Counted from the first letter of the stretch, positions 9,269 to 19,746 are shown. The stretch: 64,000 nucleotides of DNA from Lutibacter sp. (GCA_036568005.1 DATCTJ010000026.1:4142-68141), one strand, 5' to 3'. The notes: generated by a model from the sequence alone, not told the origin. Translations and numbers: made by a program.

Positions 9269-10135
9269 TTATATTTTTTTATGTGATTGGACACTTTCAA
9301 TAACTACGGTCGAAAGAATCAAAAATCCGCCAATTAATGTATTTTCCGAAGGAATTTCATGCAACAAAAACAGTCCGAATAAAACCCCATAAACCGGTTG
9401 AATACTGCTCATAATACTCGCGGTGCTAATGGAAAAATTCTTAAAGCTCATCACAAAAAGCGTATGACCAACAGCTGTGGTAAACAAAGCTAAAGTAACT
9501 AAAGCCATCCAATCTTCTGATGTTGGTTTTGCTTCAAAGATAAAAAGTACTGGCCATAAAACCAATGAAACAATAACTAGTTGATAAAACATAAGCATTG
9601 AGCCAGAATATTGGGCTATTTTTTGTTTCATCATAATATTTCTAAGGGCATAAAACACAGAAGAAAGCAATCCGAAAAGAACCCCTTTTGTAAGATTATT
9701 TTCCAAATTAAATTCGGGTGCTAAAAAATAAATACCGACCAATGCAATAATACCCAAAAGCACATGAGTTTTGTTCAATTTCGTCTTAAAAAATAAAGGT
9801 TCCAGCAAAGCGGTAATTACAGGATAAGTAAATAAACTAAGCATCCCAATGGCTACATTTGAAAGGTGGAGCGCATAGAAATAAGTAATCCAATGTGCAC
9901 CAAGAAACAGGGAACTCAGTATAATAGCTTTAAAGTCGTTTTTACCAGAAATTTTTAAATCAATTTTTTTGTACCAACAAAACAACCCTAAAATAACGGC
10001 GGCAAAAACACAGCGAAACCAAATGGATACAGGTGGTGGCATTGATATAAAACGACCCAAAACACCTGAAGTGCTAATTAGCAGCACCGCAATATTTAGC
10101 TCTAAAATGTGTTTTAGATGTTGTTGCTTTTTCAA
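9269..10135 (-). CDS. EamA/DMT-family transporter
   Basis: About 10 hydrophobic segments in two similar halves, typical of a duplicated EamA domain. Confidence 0.85.
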   Translation of the reverse strand: MKKQQHLKHILELNIAVLLISTSGVLGRFISMPPPVSIWFRCVFAAVILGLFCWYKKIDLKISGKNDFKAIILSSLFLGAHWITYFYALHLSNVAIGMLSLFTYPVITALLEPLFFKTKLNKTHVLLGIIALVGIYFLAPEFNLENNLTKGVLFGLLSSVFYALRNIMMKQKIAQYSGSMLMFYQLVIVSLVLWPVLFIFEAKPTSEDWMALVTLALFTTAVGHTLFVMSFKNFSISTASIMSSIQPVYGVLFGLFLLHEIPSENTLIGGFLILSTVVIESVQSHKKI

Positions 10136-10138
10136 GGA

Positions 10139-13100
10139 TTATATTTTTTGAAGCGTTGCCAAAGCTTTATTTATGGAAGTAATTTTATCAAACGTTAACA
10201 AAAGTCGTAACCCATTTTTCGTTTCTTTTTCTTTTATGCTGCACCCGAGCGGATTTTGCTGAACAAATTGTAAAACTTTTGTAAAAACAGGTGTTTGGTA
10301 AAAAGAACTTTGTTGATTGGAAACAAAATAACCAATCATTTTATTTTTTTTCAGAACAATACGTTCTAAACCTAATGATTTGGCAATCCATTTTATGCGA
10401 ACACTGTTTAACAGATCCACCACTTGAACAGGAAGTTCTCCAAATCGATCAATCAATTCCAGTTCAAATTTTTGCAATTCATCTTCGGTTTTAAGTTCAC
10501 TTAATTTGGTGTATAAATTTAGGCGTTCGGATATCACATTGATATAATCATCTGGAAAAAGAATTTCAAAATCGGTGTCAATCTGAATGTCTTTTACATA
10601 ATCTTTCGGCTTTTCATCCTGTTCTTTATACAATTCTTTAAACTCATTTTCCTTCAGTTCCTCAATGGTTTCATTCAATATTTTCTGATAGGTTTCAAAA
10701 CCGATATCATTGATAAATCCGCTTTGTTCCCCACCCAATAAATCGCCTGCACCGCGAATTTCCAAATCTTTCATGGCAATTTGAATCCCGCTACCCAATT
10801 CGGTAAACAATTCAATGGCCTGAATGCGTTTTCGGGCATCATCAGTCATCATATGGTACGGAGGGGTAATAAAATAACAAAACGCTTTTTTGTTTGATCG
10901 CCCAACGCGTCCGCGCATTTGGTGCAAATCGGACAAGCCAAAATTGTTGGCGTTGTTGATAAAAATGGTGTTTGCGTTTGGCACATCCAAACCGCTTTCA
11001 ACAATGGTTGTGGAAACCAACACGTCAAATTCATTGTTGATAAAACCAAGCATCAAGCCTTCCAGCTTTTTGCCATCCATTTGTCCGTGGCCAATTCCAA
11101 TTTTTGCATCGGGAACCAATCGCTGCAACATTCCGGCAACTTCTTTAATGTTTTCGATGCGGTTATGAATAAAAAATACTTGTCCGCCCCGCTGAATTTC
11201 ATAGCGAATAGCATCTCGAATCACTTCTTCACTAAAACGGATCACATTGCTTTCAATGGGAACACGATTTGGTGGCGGTGTGTTGATGACCGATAAATCG
11301 CGCGCCGCCATTAATGAAAACTGCAAGGTTCTCGGGATTGGCGTTGCTGTAAGCGTTAAGGTATCAATATTTTCTTTTAAAGTTTTCAATTTATCTTTAA
11401 CGGCCACGCCAAATTTTTGTTCTTCATCAACAATTAACAAGCCTAGATCTTTGTATTTTATTACCGGATTGGTAAGTTGATGTGTTCCTATCACAATGTC
11501 AACTGACCCATCTTCCAATCCTTTCAGCACAGCTTTTCTTTGATTGGCGGTCCTAAATCGGTTTAAATATTCTACGGTAACCGGAAAATCCTTTAATCGT
11601 TCTGTAAAGGTTTTAAAATGCTGAAAAGCTAAAATAGTGGTTGGTACCAAAATAGCAACTTGTTTCCCATTATCAACAGCTTTAAAAGCGGCCCTGATGG
11701 CAACTTCTGTTTTTCCGAAACCTACATCTCCACAAACCAAACGATCCATTGGGCGTTCATTTTCCATGTCACTTTTCACATCTTGGGTTGATGAAGATTG
11801 ATCTGGTGTGTCTTCGTACAAAAAGCTGGCTTCCAGTTCATGCTGCAAATAACTGTCTGGACGGTATTGAAAACCTTTTTGCATTTTGCGTTTCGCGTAC
11901 AATTCAATCAAATTGAAGGCAATATGTCTAATGCGCGATTTTGTTTTTTGTTTTAATGCTTTCCAGGCGCCGGAACCCAACTTATGCAATTTAGGTGCAG
12001 TGCCGTCTTTGCCGTTATATTTGGCAATTTTATGAAGTGAATGAATGCTGATGTATAAAATATCCCGATCACCATAAATCAATTTAATGGCTTCTTGCTG
12101 TTTGCCTTCGACATCAATTTTTTGAAGTCCGCCAAATTTCCCGATGCCGTGGTCAATATGCGTCACATAATCGCCAATTTCAAGATTGGTCAATTCTTTT
12201 AAGGTGATGGTTTGTTTTTTGGCATAGCCGTTTTTTAAGCGGAACTTATGATAACGCTCAAAAATTTGATGATCGGTATAACAAACCAATTTATTTTCTT
12301 CATCAATAAATCCTTGAAACAATGGAAAAACGAGGGTTGTATATTCCAATTCCTTGTCGAGGTCGCTAAAAATATCGTGAAAACGATCGGCTTGTTTTTG
12401 TGAATCGCAAAACAGATAATTTTTATAGCCATTTTCGCTATTTTGATGAAAATTTTCAACAAGTAAATTGAATTGTTTATTGAATGATGGTTGTGGTTTT
12501 GTGTTGAAGATCACAAGGTCATGCTGAACCTGCCTTGCCGGCAGGCAGGCTTGTTTCAACATCTTTTCATTTGATTTTGAATCGTCTTGAGAAAGCCTTG
12601 CATTCACAATTTCAACCAAAGAAAAAGTCTGTAATTCTTTTTTTATGAGGTCGCCATCACAAAAAAGTTCATTTGGTTTTGCGTGATTTAAAGCCGAAGA
12701 CAAATCTTTAAAAGCGATTTCTGCCTTGCCAAAAAGGTTGTCCAGGGTATTATAAAGCAGGTTTAAATCTTTAGCAAAAACAATGGTTTTATCAGAAATG
12801 TATTTTAAAAAACTGTCTCTTTTTTCAGTTAGTGCTTTATTTTCAACATTGGGCATTATGCCAATTTTATTTATTTTTTCTGTCGAAAGTTGCGTTTCAA
12901 CATCAAAAGTACGGATGCTTTCCACTTCATCATCAAAAAACTCAATACGATAAGGTTCATCATTCGAAAAAGAAAAGACATCAATAATACCGCCTCTAGT
13001 AGAAAATTCTCCTGGCTCACTTACAAAATCCACTCGGTTAAATTGGTATTCAAACAAAACCTCATTCACAAAATCTAAACTCAGTTTATCATTGACACTA

Positions 13101-13561
13101 ATTTTTAAAGTGTTTCGGTTTAACTCTGCCTTAGTGACAACCTGTTCAAAAAGCGCTTCAGGATAAGTGACAATAATTGCCGGTTTTTTACGAGAATTAA
13201 TTCGGTTTAAAACTTCTGAACGTAACAAAACATTGGCGTTGTCGGTTTCTTCTATTTGATAAGGCCTTCGGTAGGAACCCGGATAGAAAAGCACATCCTT
13301 ATCGTTTAAAAGTAGCTCCAAATCATTTAAATAATAGGCAGCTTCTTCTTTATCATCAAAGATTAACAAAAATGGTTTGTCAACTTTTTTAAAACTTTCA
13401 GAAATAACAAAAGACAATGACGATCCAACCAAATTCGAAATTTGAAAATGGTGATTATCCTTTCGTAATAGTGGAACCAACTGTTTTTGCTCAACAATTT
13501 GTCCGTAAATTTTAACAATAGCTTGTTTGCTCAAATTTGCAAATTTTGCCAAAGGTAGCAT
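10139..13561 (-). CDS. mfd: Transcription-repair coupling factor Mfd
   Basis: Superfamily-2 helicase motifs (GDVGFGKTEVA, LLIVDEEQKFG, TLTATPIPRT, QMRGRVGRS) and a CarD-like domain (GDYVTHIDHGIGKF). Start set at the ATG at 13561 (MLPLAKFAN); the 78-codon upstream extension in the ORF track has no Mfd-like sequence. Confidence 0.95.
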   Translation of the reverse strand: MLPLAKFANLSKQAIVKIYGQIVEQKQLVPLLRKDNHHFQISNLVGSSLSFVISESFKKVDKPFLLIFDDKEEAAYYLNDLELLLNDKDVLFYPGSYRRPYQIEETDNANVLLRSEVLNRINSRKKPAIIVTYPEALFEQVVTKAELNRNTLKISVNDKLSLDFVNEVLFEYQFNRVDFVSEPGEFSTRGGIIDVFSFSNDEPYRIEFFDDEVESIRTFDVETQLSTEKINKIGIMPNVENKALTEKRDSFLKYISDKTIVFAKDLNLLYNTLDNLFGKAEIAFKDLSSALNHAKPNELFCDGDLIKKELQTFSLVEIVNARLSQDDSKSNEKMLKQACLPARQVQHDLVIFNTKPQPSFNKQFNLLVENFHQNSENGYKNYLFCDSQKQADRFHDIFSDLDKELEYTTLVFPLFQGFIDEENKLVCYTDHQIFERYHKFRLKNGYAKKQTITLKELTNLEIGDYVTHIDHGIGKFGGLQKIDVEGKQQEAIKLIYGDRDILYISIHSLHKIAKYNGKDGTAPKLHKLGSGAWKALKQKTKSRIRHIAFNLIELYAKRKMQKGFQYRPDSYLQHELEASFLYEDTPDQSSSTQDVKSDMENERPMDRLVCGDVGFGKTEVAIRAAFKAVDNGKQVAILVPTTILAFQHFKTFTERLKDFPVTVEYLNRFRTANQRKAVLKGLEDGSVDIVIGTHQLTNPVIKYKDLGLLIVDEEQKFGVAVKDKLKTLKENIDTLTLTATPIPRTLQFSLMAARDLSVINTPPPNRVPIESNVIRFSEEVIRDAIRYEIQRGGQVFFIHNRIENIKEVAGMLQRLVPDAKIGIGHGQMDGKKLEGLMLGFINNEFDVLVSTTIVESGLDVPNANTIFINNANNFGLSDLHQMRGRVGRSNKKAFCYFITPPYHMMTDDARKRIQAIELFTELGSGIQIAMKDLEIRGAGDLLGGEQSGFINDIGFETYQKILNETIEELKENEFKELYKEQDEKPKDYVKDIQIDTDFEILFPDDYINVISERLNLYTKLSELKTEDELQKFELELIDRFGELPVQVVDLLNSVRIKWIAKSLGLERIVLKKNKMIGYFVSNQQSSFYQTPVFTKVLQFVQQNPLGCSIKEKETKNGLRLLLTFDKITSINKALATLQKI
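12529..12550. repeat. GC-rich palindrome (CCTGCCTTGCCGGCAGGCAGGC) inside the mfd coding sequence
   Basis: 17 of 22 nt are G/C in AT-rich coding DNA. It contains the perfect palindrome TGCCGGCA flanked by CCTGCC/GGCAGG and matches the palindromes at 3457-3478, 32159-32178, 41094-41111 and 58430-58451. It is read in frame as ACLPARQ. Confidence 0.7.
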
Positions 13562-13628
13562 TTTAAAAAAAATGAGGAAAAATTCAGCAAAAATTATTAA
13601 ATTTATAGGAACTAAATAAAAAAATCTT

Positions 13629-14069
13629 ATGCCAATTTCAGATTTATACCCAACCGGACTGCATGAACAAAATATTGGGCATTTTGCATCAATTGCTAGG
13701 CTAGCTTTACTCGACAATAAGATTAGTGCCGAAGAGCAAATATTATTAGAGAGATTGGCCGTAAGATTGGATATAAGCAAAAGTGAGTTTGACACTATAT
13801 TAAAAGCACCAGAGAATTATCCAATAGACTCACCAGTGAGTTATGAGGAACGTTTAGAGCGTTTATATGATTTAACTAAAATGCTATTCTTGGATAAAAA
13901 CCCAACCATTGATAAAACCTCAACATTGGACAGAATTGCTGTGGGTCTTGGGTTTCCTGCCGAAAATGCAAGAGCTATTGTAAAGGAAGCTATGAAATTC
14001 TTTTTAAAAGAACCTGATGTGGAAGATTTTAAAAAAGTAATAAAACAAGCCAATCCCATTAAACATTAG
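13629..14069 (+). CDS. TerB-like (tellurite-resistance TerB family) small protein, paralog 1
   Basis: 146 aa with a two-lobed helical pattern: HFASIARLALLDNKISAEEQILLERLA, then LYDLTKMLFLDKNPTIDKTSTLDRIAVGLGFP. Confidence 0.6.
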   Translation: MPISDLYPTGLHEQNIGHFASIARLALLDNKISAEEQILLERLAVRLDISKSEFDTILKAPENYPIDSPVSYEERLERLYDLTKMLFLDKNPTIDKTSTLDRIAVGLGFPAENARAIVKEAMKFFLKEPDVEDFKKVIKQANPIKH

Positions 14070-14140
14070 ATAGAATTTTTAATTTTTTTAGATGGATATA
14101 TTTTAAGGGTTTAATTATATTTGCGGTTAAAATTAAAAGT

Positions 14141-14575
14141 ATGGCATTATCTGATTATAATTTAAGCGGGGAACAAAAAAGAAACATTGCGCATTTTGCA
14201 AGTATTGTAAGATTGGCTTTGGCCGATGATATAATTACTGTAGGTGAAGAAAAATTATTGAAAAAATTGGCCAGAAGATTTCATATTTTAGATGAAAAGT
14301 ATAAGGAAGTACTTGAAAATCCTAATGACTATTCTCAAGTAACACCACATGGTTATGATGAGCGAATCGAGCATTTATACGATTTGGCTACTATGGTTTT
14401 TGCAGATGGAGAAGCTTCTAAGGAAGAAGCAGGCGTGTTAAAAAAACTTGTTGTCGGACTTGGTTTTCCCTTGAACAATGCCGAAAAAGTAACCAACGAA
14501 GCCATTCATTTAATTTTAAACAACAATGATTTGGATGATTTTTCAAAAGCCATAAAAAGGGTTAATAGAATATAA
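14141..14575 (+). CDS. TerB-like small protein, paralog 2
   Basis: 144 aa, colinear with the previous ORF (HFASIVRLALADDIITVGEEKLLKKLA; LYDLATMVFADGEASKEEAGVLKKLVVGLGFP). Confidence 0.6.
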   Translation: MALSDYNLSGEQKRNIAHFASIVRLALADDIITVGEEKLLKKLARRFHILDEKYKEVLENPNDYSQVTPHGYDERIEHLYDLATMVFADGEASKEEAGVLKKLVVGLGFPLNNAEKVTNEAIHLILNNNDLDDFSKAIKRVNRI

Positions 14576-14679
14576 AATCATCTATTTTTTTAGTCTATTT
14601 GATTATAAATGGGAAATTAAAAAAATGATATTCATATCTTTGGTAGCTAATAGGCACTGCCTTAATACAATAAAAAGTT

Positions 14680-15309
14680 ATGAAACCTATTTTACTAAAC
14701 AAAATAATATTACCATTTTTCTTTATTTTATCAATTAATAATGCTGTTTTTTCTCAAGATGCTAATAATAAATGGGCTATAGGTGTTGGAGTGAATATTG
14801 TTGATATAAGAAACTCAAGCACCATTTCTACAACTATTGAAGATTATTTTAACAAAGGACTTAATGACTTAAATATGTCGGGTGCCTTTATTAAAATTTC
14901 GGCAGAAAGAGATATAGATAAAGGCTTTTCTTTGCAGTTGTCTTTTTCAGGAAATAAAATTGAAAAGGGGTATAATTATCTTAAGGGAAACCCCTTAACT
15001 GATGATAATTTTACTGCATTTAATGCAAAATTGAAATATGATTTAAATTATTTATTGGGAGAAACAAAATGGTTTGATCCATTTTTGCTCATTGGCCTAG
15101 GCTATGTTACAATAGGCGATAATTCAAATGGAAGTGTTGCTTCAGGCTTTGGTTTTAATACTTGGATAACAGATTTCATTGGTTTAAATTTTCAATCGGA
15201 CTACAATCATGGTATCAAATCCTTTGGAACAGATTTTTTTCAACATAGCGCAGGATTCATTTTTAAATTAAACAATAATCCGAGGTTTAATTGGAGGGAT
15301 AAAAATTAA
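14680..15309 (+). CDS. Outer-membrane beta-barrel protein (OmpA N-terminal-like barrel only)
   Basis: Signal peptide. Alignable with the N-terminal barrel of the 20858-22216 protein (NNKWAIGVGVNIVD vs [14 protein letters not shown]; LKYDLNYLLGETKWFDPFLLIGLGY vs [25 protein letters not shown]; FQHSAGFIFKL vs [11 protein letters not shown]). Confidence 0.75.
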   Translation: MKPILLNKIILPFFFILSINNAVFSQDANNKWAIGVGVNIVDIRNSSTISTTIEDYFNKGLNDLNMSGAFIKISAERDIDKGFSLQLSFSGNKIEKGYNYLKGNPLTDDNFTAFNAKLKYDLNYLLGETKWFDPFLLIGLGYVTIGDNSNGSVASGFGFNTWITDFIGLNFQSDYNHGIKSFGTDFFQHSAGFIFKLNNNPRFNWRDKN

Positions 15310-15360
15310 TAGTTAATTAGTAAGTTTATAATTCATTAACTTGCATCATAATTTTTTTGA

Positions 15361-18300
15361 ATGCCAAAAGTAACTTCCTTTCAGGTTTATAGTGCCTCTG
15401 CGGGCAGCGGAAAAACATTCACTTTGGTTAAAGAATATTTAAAAATTCTTTTAACAAGCCATAATGCCTACAAATTTCAGCAAATTTTAGCGGTAACCTT
15501 TACCAATAAAGCCGCCAGTGAAATGAAAGCACGTGTTATTGAGAATTTAAACAGGTTTTCAAAAGCAGAAAAAAACGATATGCTTCAGGTAATTTGTCGG
15601 GAAACAAATTTAACGGAAGTCCTTATTTATAGCAGATCACAAGCCATTTTAAACGCCATATTGCAAAACTATTCCGCATTTGGCATTATGACCATCGATA
15701 GTTTTACACATAGATTAATCCGAACTTTTGCTTATGATTTACACCTTCCTTTAAATTTTGAAGTGGAAATGGATGCTGAAAGTTTTTTAAATGAAGCTGT
15801 TGACATAGTGATTTCCAAAATTGGAAGTGATAAAAAATTAACCGATTTACTGCTTAGTTATTCACTTCAAAAACTGGAAGATGATAAAGCTTGGGATATA
15901 TCATTGGAGTTAAAATCCTTTGCCAAAATTATATTGAACGAAACCGATGCAACCAATTTAAAATCGCTCAGTAAAATTTCTATAGAGGAATTTACGCTAT
16001 TGAAGGAAAATCTTCAAAAAGAAAACAAACAAATTGAAGATGAATTTTTAGGTATCGGTGAAAAGGGGCTGCAAATTATTAAAGAAAACGGACTTCAACA
16101 TAGCGATTTTGGTTATACTGGTGAATTTCCAAAACATTTTATAAAACTCACCAAACTAAAATATTTAAAAGCAGACGATTTAAAATTTGAAGGAAGGCTA
16201 AACACCACTATTGAAGAAGATAAAAATTTATGCGCAGCTAAATGCAGCATAAATTCGAAACAAATTATTGAGCATATTGCACCAGTTTTAAAGGATTTGT
16301 ATTATGAATCCAAAAGATTATATGCTGAAAAGTATCCTCGTTATATTTTGAATAATCTAATTGCAGAAGGCTTAATTCCTTTGGCGGTTTTAAATTATAT
16401 AAATAATGCCCTTCAGGAAATAAAATCCGAAAATAATATTTTGTTAAATGCCGAGTTTAACCAACTTATTGGAGATACCATTAGAAATGAACCAGCACCA
16501 TTTATTTATGAACGGATAGGTGAGAAATTTCGCTATTATTTTATCGATGAAATGCAAGATACTTCTCAATTGCAATGGCAAAATTTAATACCGCTGATAG
16601 ACCATGCCATTTCTTCGGAAAACGAATTAGGAGAGCAAGGAAAGTTATTGTTGGTAGGCGACGCAAAACAATCAATTTACAGATGGCGGGGTGGAAAATC
16701 TGAGCAGTTTATAGCGCTCTCTTCCGAAGAAAAAAACCAAAACAACAATCCGTTTTACGTTGAAAAGGGATTGTGTAGTTTGGAAACAAATTTCAGAAGT
16801 TATTCGGAAATCATAGATTTTAACAATTCTTTTTTTAAGCACAGCTCACAATATTTATCCAACCAAAGTTATCGTAATTTATTTTTTGAAGGCAATAGCC
16901 AAAAATTTAACAGTAAAACAGGCGGTTATGTGCAACTTTCCTTCGTTGAAAAAAATGAGGAAGAAGAGGATAAAACGTTGGTTTATCCAAAAAAAGTGGC
17001 TAAAATCATTCAAAATTTGGATCCATCTTTTAAAAAGAATGACATTTGTGTTTTGGTTCGTAAAAAGGATCAGGGAATAGCCGTTGCAAAATATTTATCG
17101 GAAAACGGCATTGAGATTATTTCTTCTGAAACCTTGTTGCTGAAAAACAATGAAAAAGTAAACTTCATAATCAATTTATTGTATGTGGCGGAAAATCCTT
17201 CAAACAAAGAATATAAAATTAAATTACTGTATTTTTTGTATGAATATTTTAAATTGGAAGTTGATAAGCACTATTTTTTAAACAAGTTTATTAGTTTGCC
17301 AACTGCTGAATTTTTTACAAGCTTGAAAAAATACGGACTGCATTTTAATTTGGAAGAATTTAACCAAAGCCCGTTTTATGAAAGCATAGAATATATAGTT
17401 AGGAGCTTCAAATTGGCTCCAGATTCCGATTCAAATATTCAATTCTTTTTGGATGTTATTTTTGAGTTTCAGCAGAAAAAAAACGTGTCTGTGGGCAATT
17501 TTTTGGAATTCTGGGAATTGAAAAAAAACAAGCTTAGTATTGTTGCTCCCGAAGCCGAAAACGCAGTAAGGATTATGACCATCCACAAAGCAAAAGGGCT
17601 TGAATTTCCAGTGGTTATTTTTCCTTATGATATTGAAATTTACCGTCAAATAAATCCGAAAGTTTGGTATTTAGAAGAGCAGTTGGGAGATATTAAACAA
17701 TTTTTTTTAAATTATGGCGCTAGGTTAAACTACATTGGGGAACAAGGGAAACAATTATTTGACCAACGAAAGGAAGAATTAGAGTTAGATAATTTTAATT
17801 TACTGTATGTAACGTTAACAAGGGCCGTTGAACAATTATATGTGATTACCGAAGACAAAACGGGCGGTAAAGATGTGGATACCATCAAAAACACTTCGGA
17901 TTTGTTTATCCAATTTTTAAAGAAAAACGCATTGTGGAATTCTGAAAAAAAGGAATATAGTTTTGGAGATCCAAAGCGACTACCTTTTACAAAAAAAGAA
18001 GAAAGTATCACCACAATTCAACAAAATTTTATTGGCAATTCCTGGAAAAATCACCAAATTTCTATTGTTGCTAATTCGTCCTTGCTTTGGGACACGGAAC
18101 AGGGGAAAGCAATCATTTACGGGAATTTACTGCACGAAATGTTGTCTAAAATTAAAACGACTAACGATATTGATGAAGTGGTAGATATGTATTTGTTTAA
18201 AGGTGAAATTACACATCAAGAACAAATTGAAATTAGTGTTATTTTAAAGAAAATCATTAATCACCAACAGCTTTCTCTTTATTTTGAGCAGAATAATCTT

Positions 18301-18531
18301 GTTTTTACAGAGCAAGAGATCCTTACTGCCGACAAACAAATATTAATTCCCGATCGACTGATTTTTAACGAAAACAATGTAACTATTATCGATTATAAAA
18401 CTGGAAAATCAGAAGAAAAACACCGCCATCAAATTAAGGCTTATGCTCTGGCGCTGGAAAATTTAAATTATAGTATTGAAAAAAAACTATTAGTTTATAT
18501 AACTGATGAAATTTTAATAGAAGAAGTCTAA
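15361..18531 (+). CDS. UvrD/PcrA-type helicase fused to a C-terminal PD-(D/E)XK nuclease (AddA/RecB-like)
   Basis: Walker A (SAGSGKTFTL), helicase motifs (FIDEMQDTS, LVGDAKQSIYRWRG, TIHKAKGLEFPVV, LLYVTLTRA) and a C-terminal nuclease motif (GNLLHEML ... IPDRL ... IIDYKTG). Confidence 0.85.
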   Translation: MPKVTSFQVYSASAGSGKTFTLVKEYLKILLTSHNAYKFQQILAVTFTNKAASEMKARVIENLNRFSKAEKNDMLQVICRETNLTEVLIYSRSQAILNAILQNYSAFGIMTIDSFTHRLIRTFAYDLHLPLNFEVEMDAESFLNEAVDIVISKIGSDKKLTDLLLSYSLQKLEDDKAWDISLELKSFAKIILNETDATNLKSLSKISIEEFTLLKENLQKENKQIEDEFLGIGEKGLQIIKENGLQHSDFGYTGEFPKHFIKLTKLKYLKADDLKFEGRLNTTIEEDKNLCAAKCSINSKQIIEHIAPVLKDLYYESKRLYAEKYPRYILNNLIAEGLIPLAVLNYINNALQEIKSENNILLNAEFNQLIGDTIRNEPAPFIYERIGEKFRYYFIDEMQDTSQLQWQNLIPLIDHAISSENELGEQGKLLLVGDAKQSIYRWRGGKSEQFIALSSEEKNQNNNPFYVEKGLCSLETNFRSYSEIIDFNNSFFKHSSQYLSNQSYRNLFFEGNSQKFNSKTGGYVQLSFVEKNEEEEDKTLVYPKKVAKIIQNLDPSFKKNDICVLVRKKDQGIAVAKYLSENGIEIISSETLLLKNNEKVNFIINLLYVAENPSNKEYKIKLLYFLYEYFKLEVDKHYFLNKFISLPTAEFFTSLKKYGLHFNLEEFNQSPFYESIEYIVRSFKLAPDSDSNIQFFLDVIFEFQQKKNVSVGNFLEFWELKKNKLSIVAPEAENAVRIMTIHKAKGLEFPVVIFPYDIEIYRQINPKVWYLEEQLGDIKQFFLNYGARLNYIGEQGKQLFDQRKEELELDNFNLLYVTLTRAVEQLYVITEDKTGGKDVDTIKNTSDLFIQFLKKNALWNSEKKEYSFGDPKRLPFTKKEESITTIQQNFIGNSWKNHQISIVANSSLLWDTEQGKAIIYGNLLHEMLSKIKTTNDIDEVVDMYLFKGEITHQEQIEISVILKKIINHQQLSLYFEQNNLVFTEQEILTADKQILIPDRLIFNENNVTIIDYKTGKSEEKHRHQIKAYALALENLNYSIEKKLLVYITDEILIEEV

Positions 18532-18552
18532 ATTTGTAAAAAAATAAACATT

Positions 18553-19746
18553 ATGTACGGTAAAATACAACAACACTTACAGAAAGAATTGCAGGAAATT
18601 AAAGCAGCAGGTTTATATAAGTCTGAGCGTATTATCACATCGTCACAGGATGCGGTGATAAAAATTAACACAGGACAGGAGGTTATTAATTTTTGTGCAA
18701 ATAATTATTTGGGATTGTCAAACAATCCTGAAGTAATTCAAGCGGCAAAAGAAACTTTAGACAGTCATGGATTCGGAATGTCATCTGTGCGTTTTATCTG
18801 CGGAACACAAGATATTCATAAACAACTTGAGCAAAAAATTGCCGAATTTTATAAGACAGATGACACCATCTTATATGCTGCCGCTTTTGATGCAAACGGA
18901 GGTGTTTTTGAACCACTTTTTTCGGAAGAAGATGCCATAATTTCAGATTCTTTGAACCATGCTTCTATTATTGATGGAGTGCGTTTGTGTAAAGCTGGAA
19001 GATATCGCTATGAAAATAATGACATGGACTCTTTGGAAGAACAACTTATTGAAGCCAATAAAAAGAATCATCGATTTAAAATAATAGTAACTGATGGTGT
19101 TTTTTCAATGGATGGTGTTGTTGCAAAACTTGATAAAATTTGTGATTTAGCCGATAAATATGATGCTCTGGTAATGGTTGATGAATGTCACGCTACAGGT
19201 TTTATAGGAAAAACAGGCCGAGGAACCTTAGAGTTAAAAAATGTAACTGGCAGGGTTGACATTATTACTGGTACGCTTGGTAAAGCTTTGGGTGGGGCTA
19301 TGGGCGGTTATACAACCGGTAAAAAAGAAATTATTGATTTACTACGTCAACGTTCAAGACCTTATTTATTCTCAAATTCTTTAGCCCCGACAATTGTGGG
19401 CGCATCGCTTAAAGTATTTGAAATGATTTCAGAAGACACGACTTTAAGAGATAAATTGGAATGGAACACCAACTATTTTAAAGAAGGAATGGCTAAAGCG
19501 GGGTTTGATATTGTAAAAGGAGATTCGGCAATTGTTCCTGTGATGCTTTATGACGCAAAACTTTCACAAGACATGGCAAATATGTTGTTAGAAGAAGGTA
19601 TTTATGTAATTGGATTTTTTTATCCAGTTGTCCCAAAAGGGAAAGCTAGAATTAGAGTACAATTATCCGCTGCCCATAACATAGAACATTTAGAAAAAGC
19701 AATAGCAGCATTTATTAAAGTAGGAAAAACACTTAAGGTAATATAG
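18553..19746 (+). CDS. kbl: Glycine C-acetyltransferase (2-amino-3-ketobutyrate CoA ligase)
   Basis: Alpha-oxoamine synthase family: [25 protein letters not shown], and the PLP lysine context [10 protein letters not shown]. Confidence 0.9.
   Translation: MYGKIQQHLQKELQEIKAAGLYKSERIITSSQDAVIKINTGQEVINFCANNYLGLSNNPEVIQAAKETLDSHGFGMSSVRFICGTQDIHKQLEQKIAEFYKTDDTILYAAAFDANGGVFEPLFSEEDAIISDSLNHASIIDGVRLCKAGRYRYENNDMDSLEEQLIEANKKNHRFKIIVTDGVFSMDGVVAKLDKICDLADKYDALVMVDECHATGFIGKTGRGTLELKNVTGRVDIITGTLGKALGGAMGGYTTGKKEIIDLLRQRSRPYLFSNSLAPTIVGASLKVFEMISEDTTLRDKLEWNTNYFKEGMAKAGFDIVKGDSAIVPVMLYDAKLSQDMANMLLEEGIYVIGFFYPVVPKGKARIRVQLSAAHNIEHLEKAIAAFIKVGKTLKVI

Noticed and set aside
13562-13795. 78-codon N-terminal extension of the mfd ORF in the six-frame track
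   Set aside because: The extension is low-complexity/hydrophobic with no Mfd similarity and would overlap the divergent TerB-like gene. The ATG at 13561 (MLPLAKFAN...) gives a normal-length Mfd.
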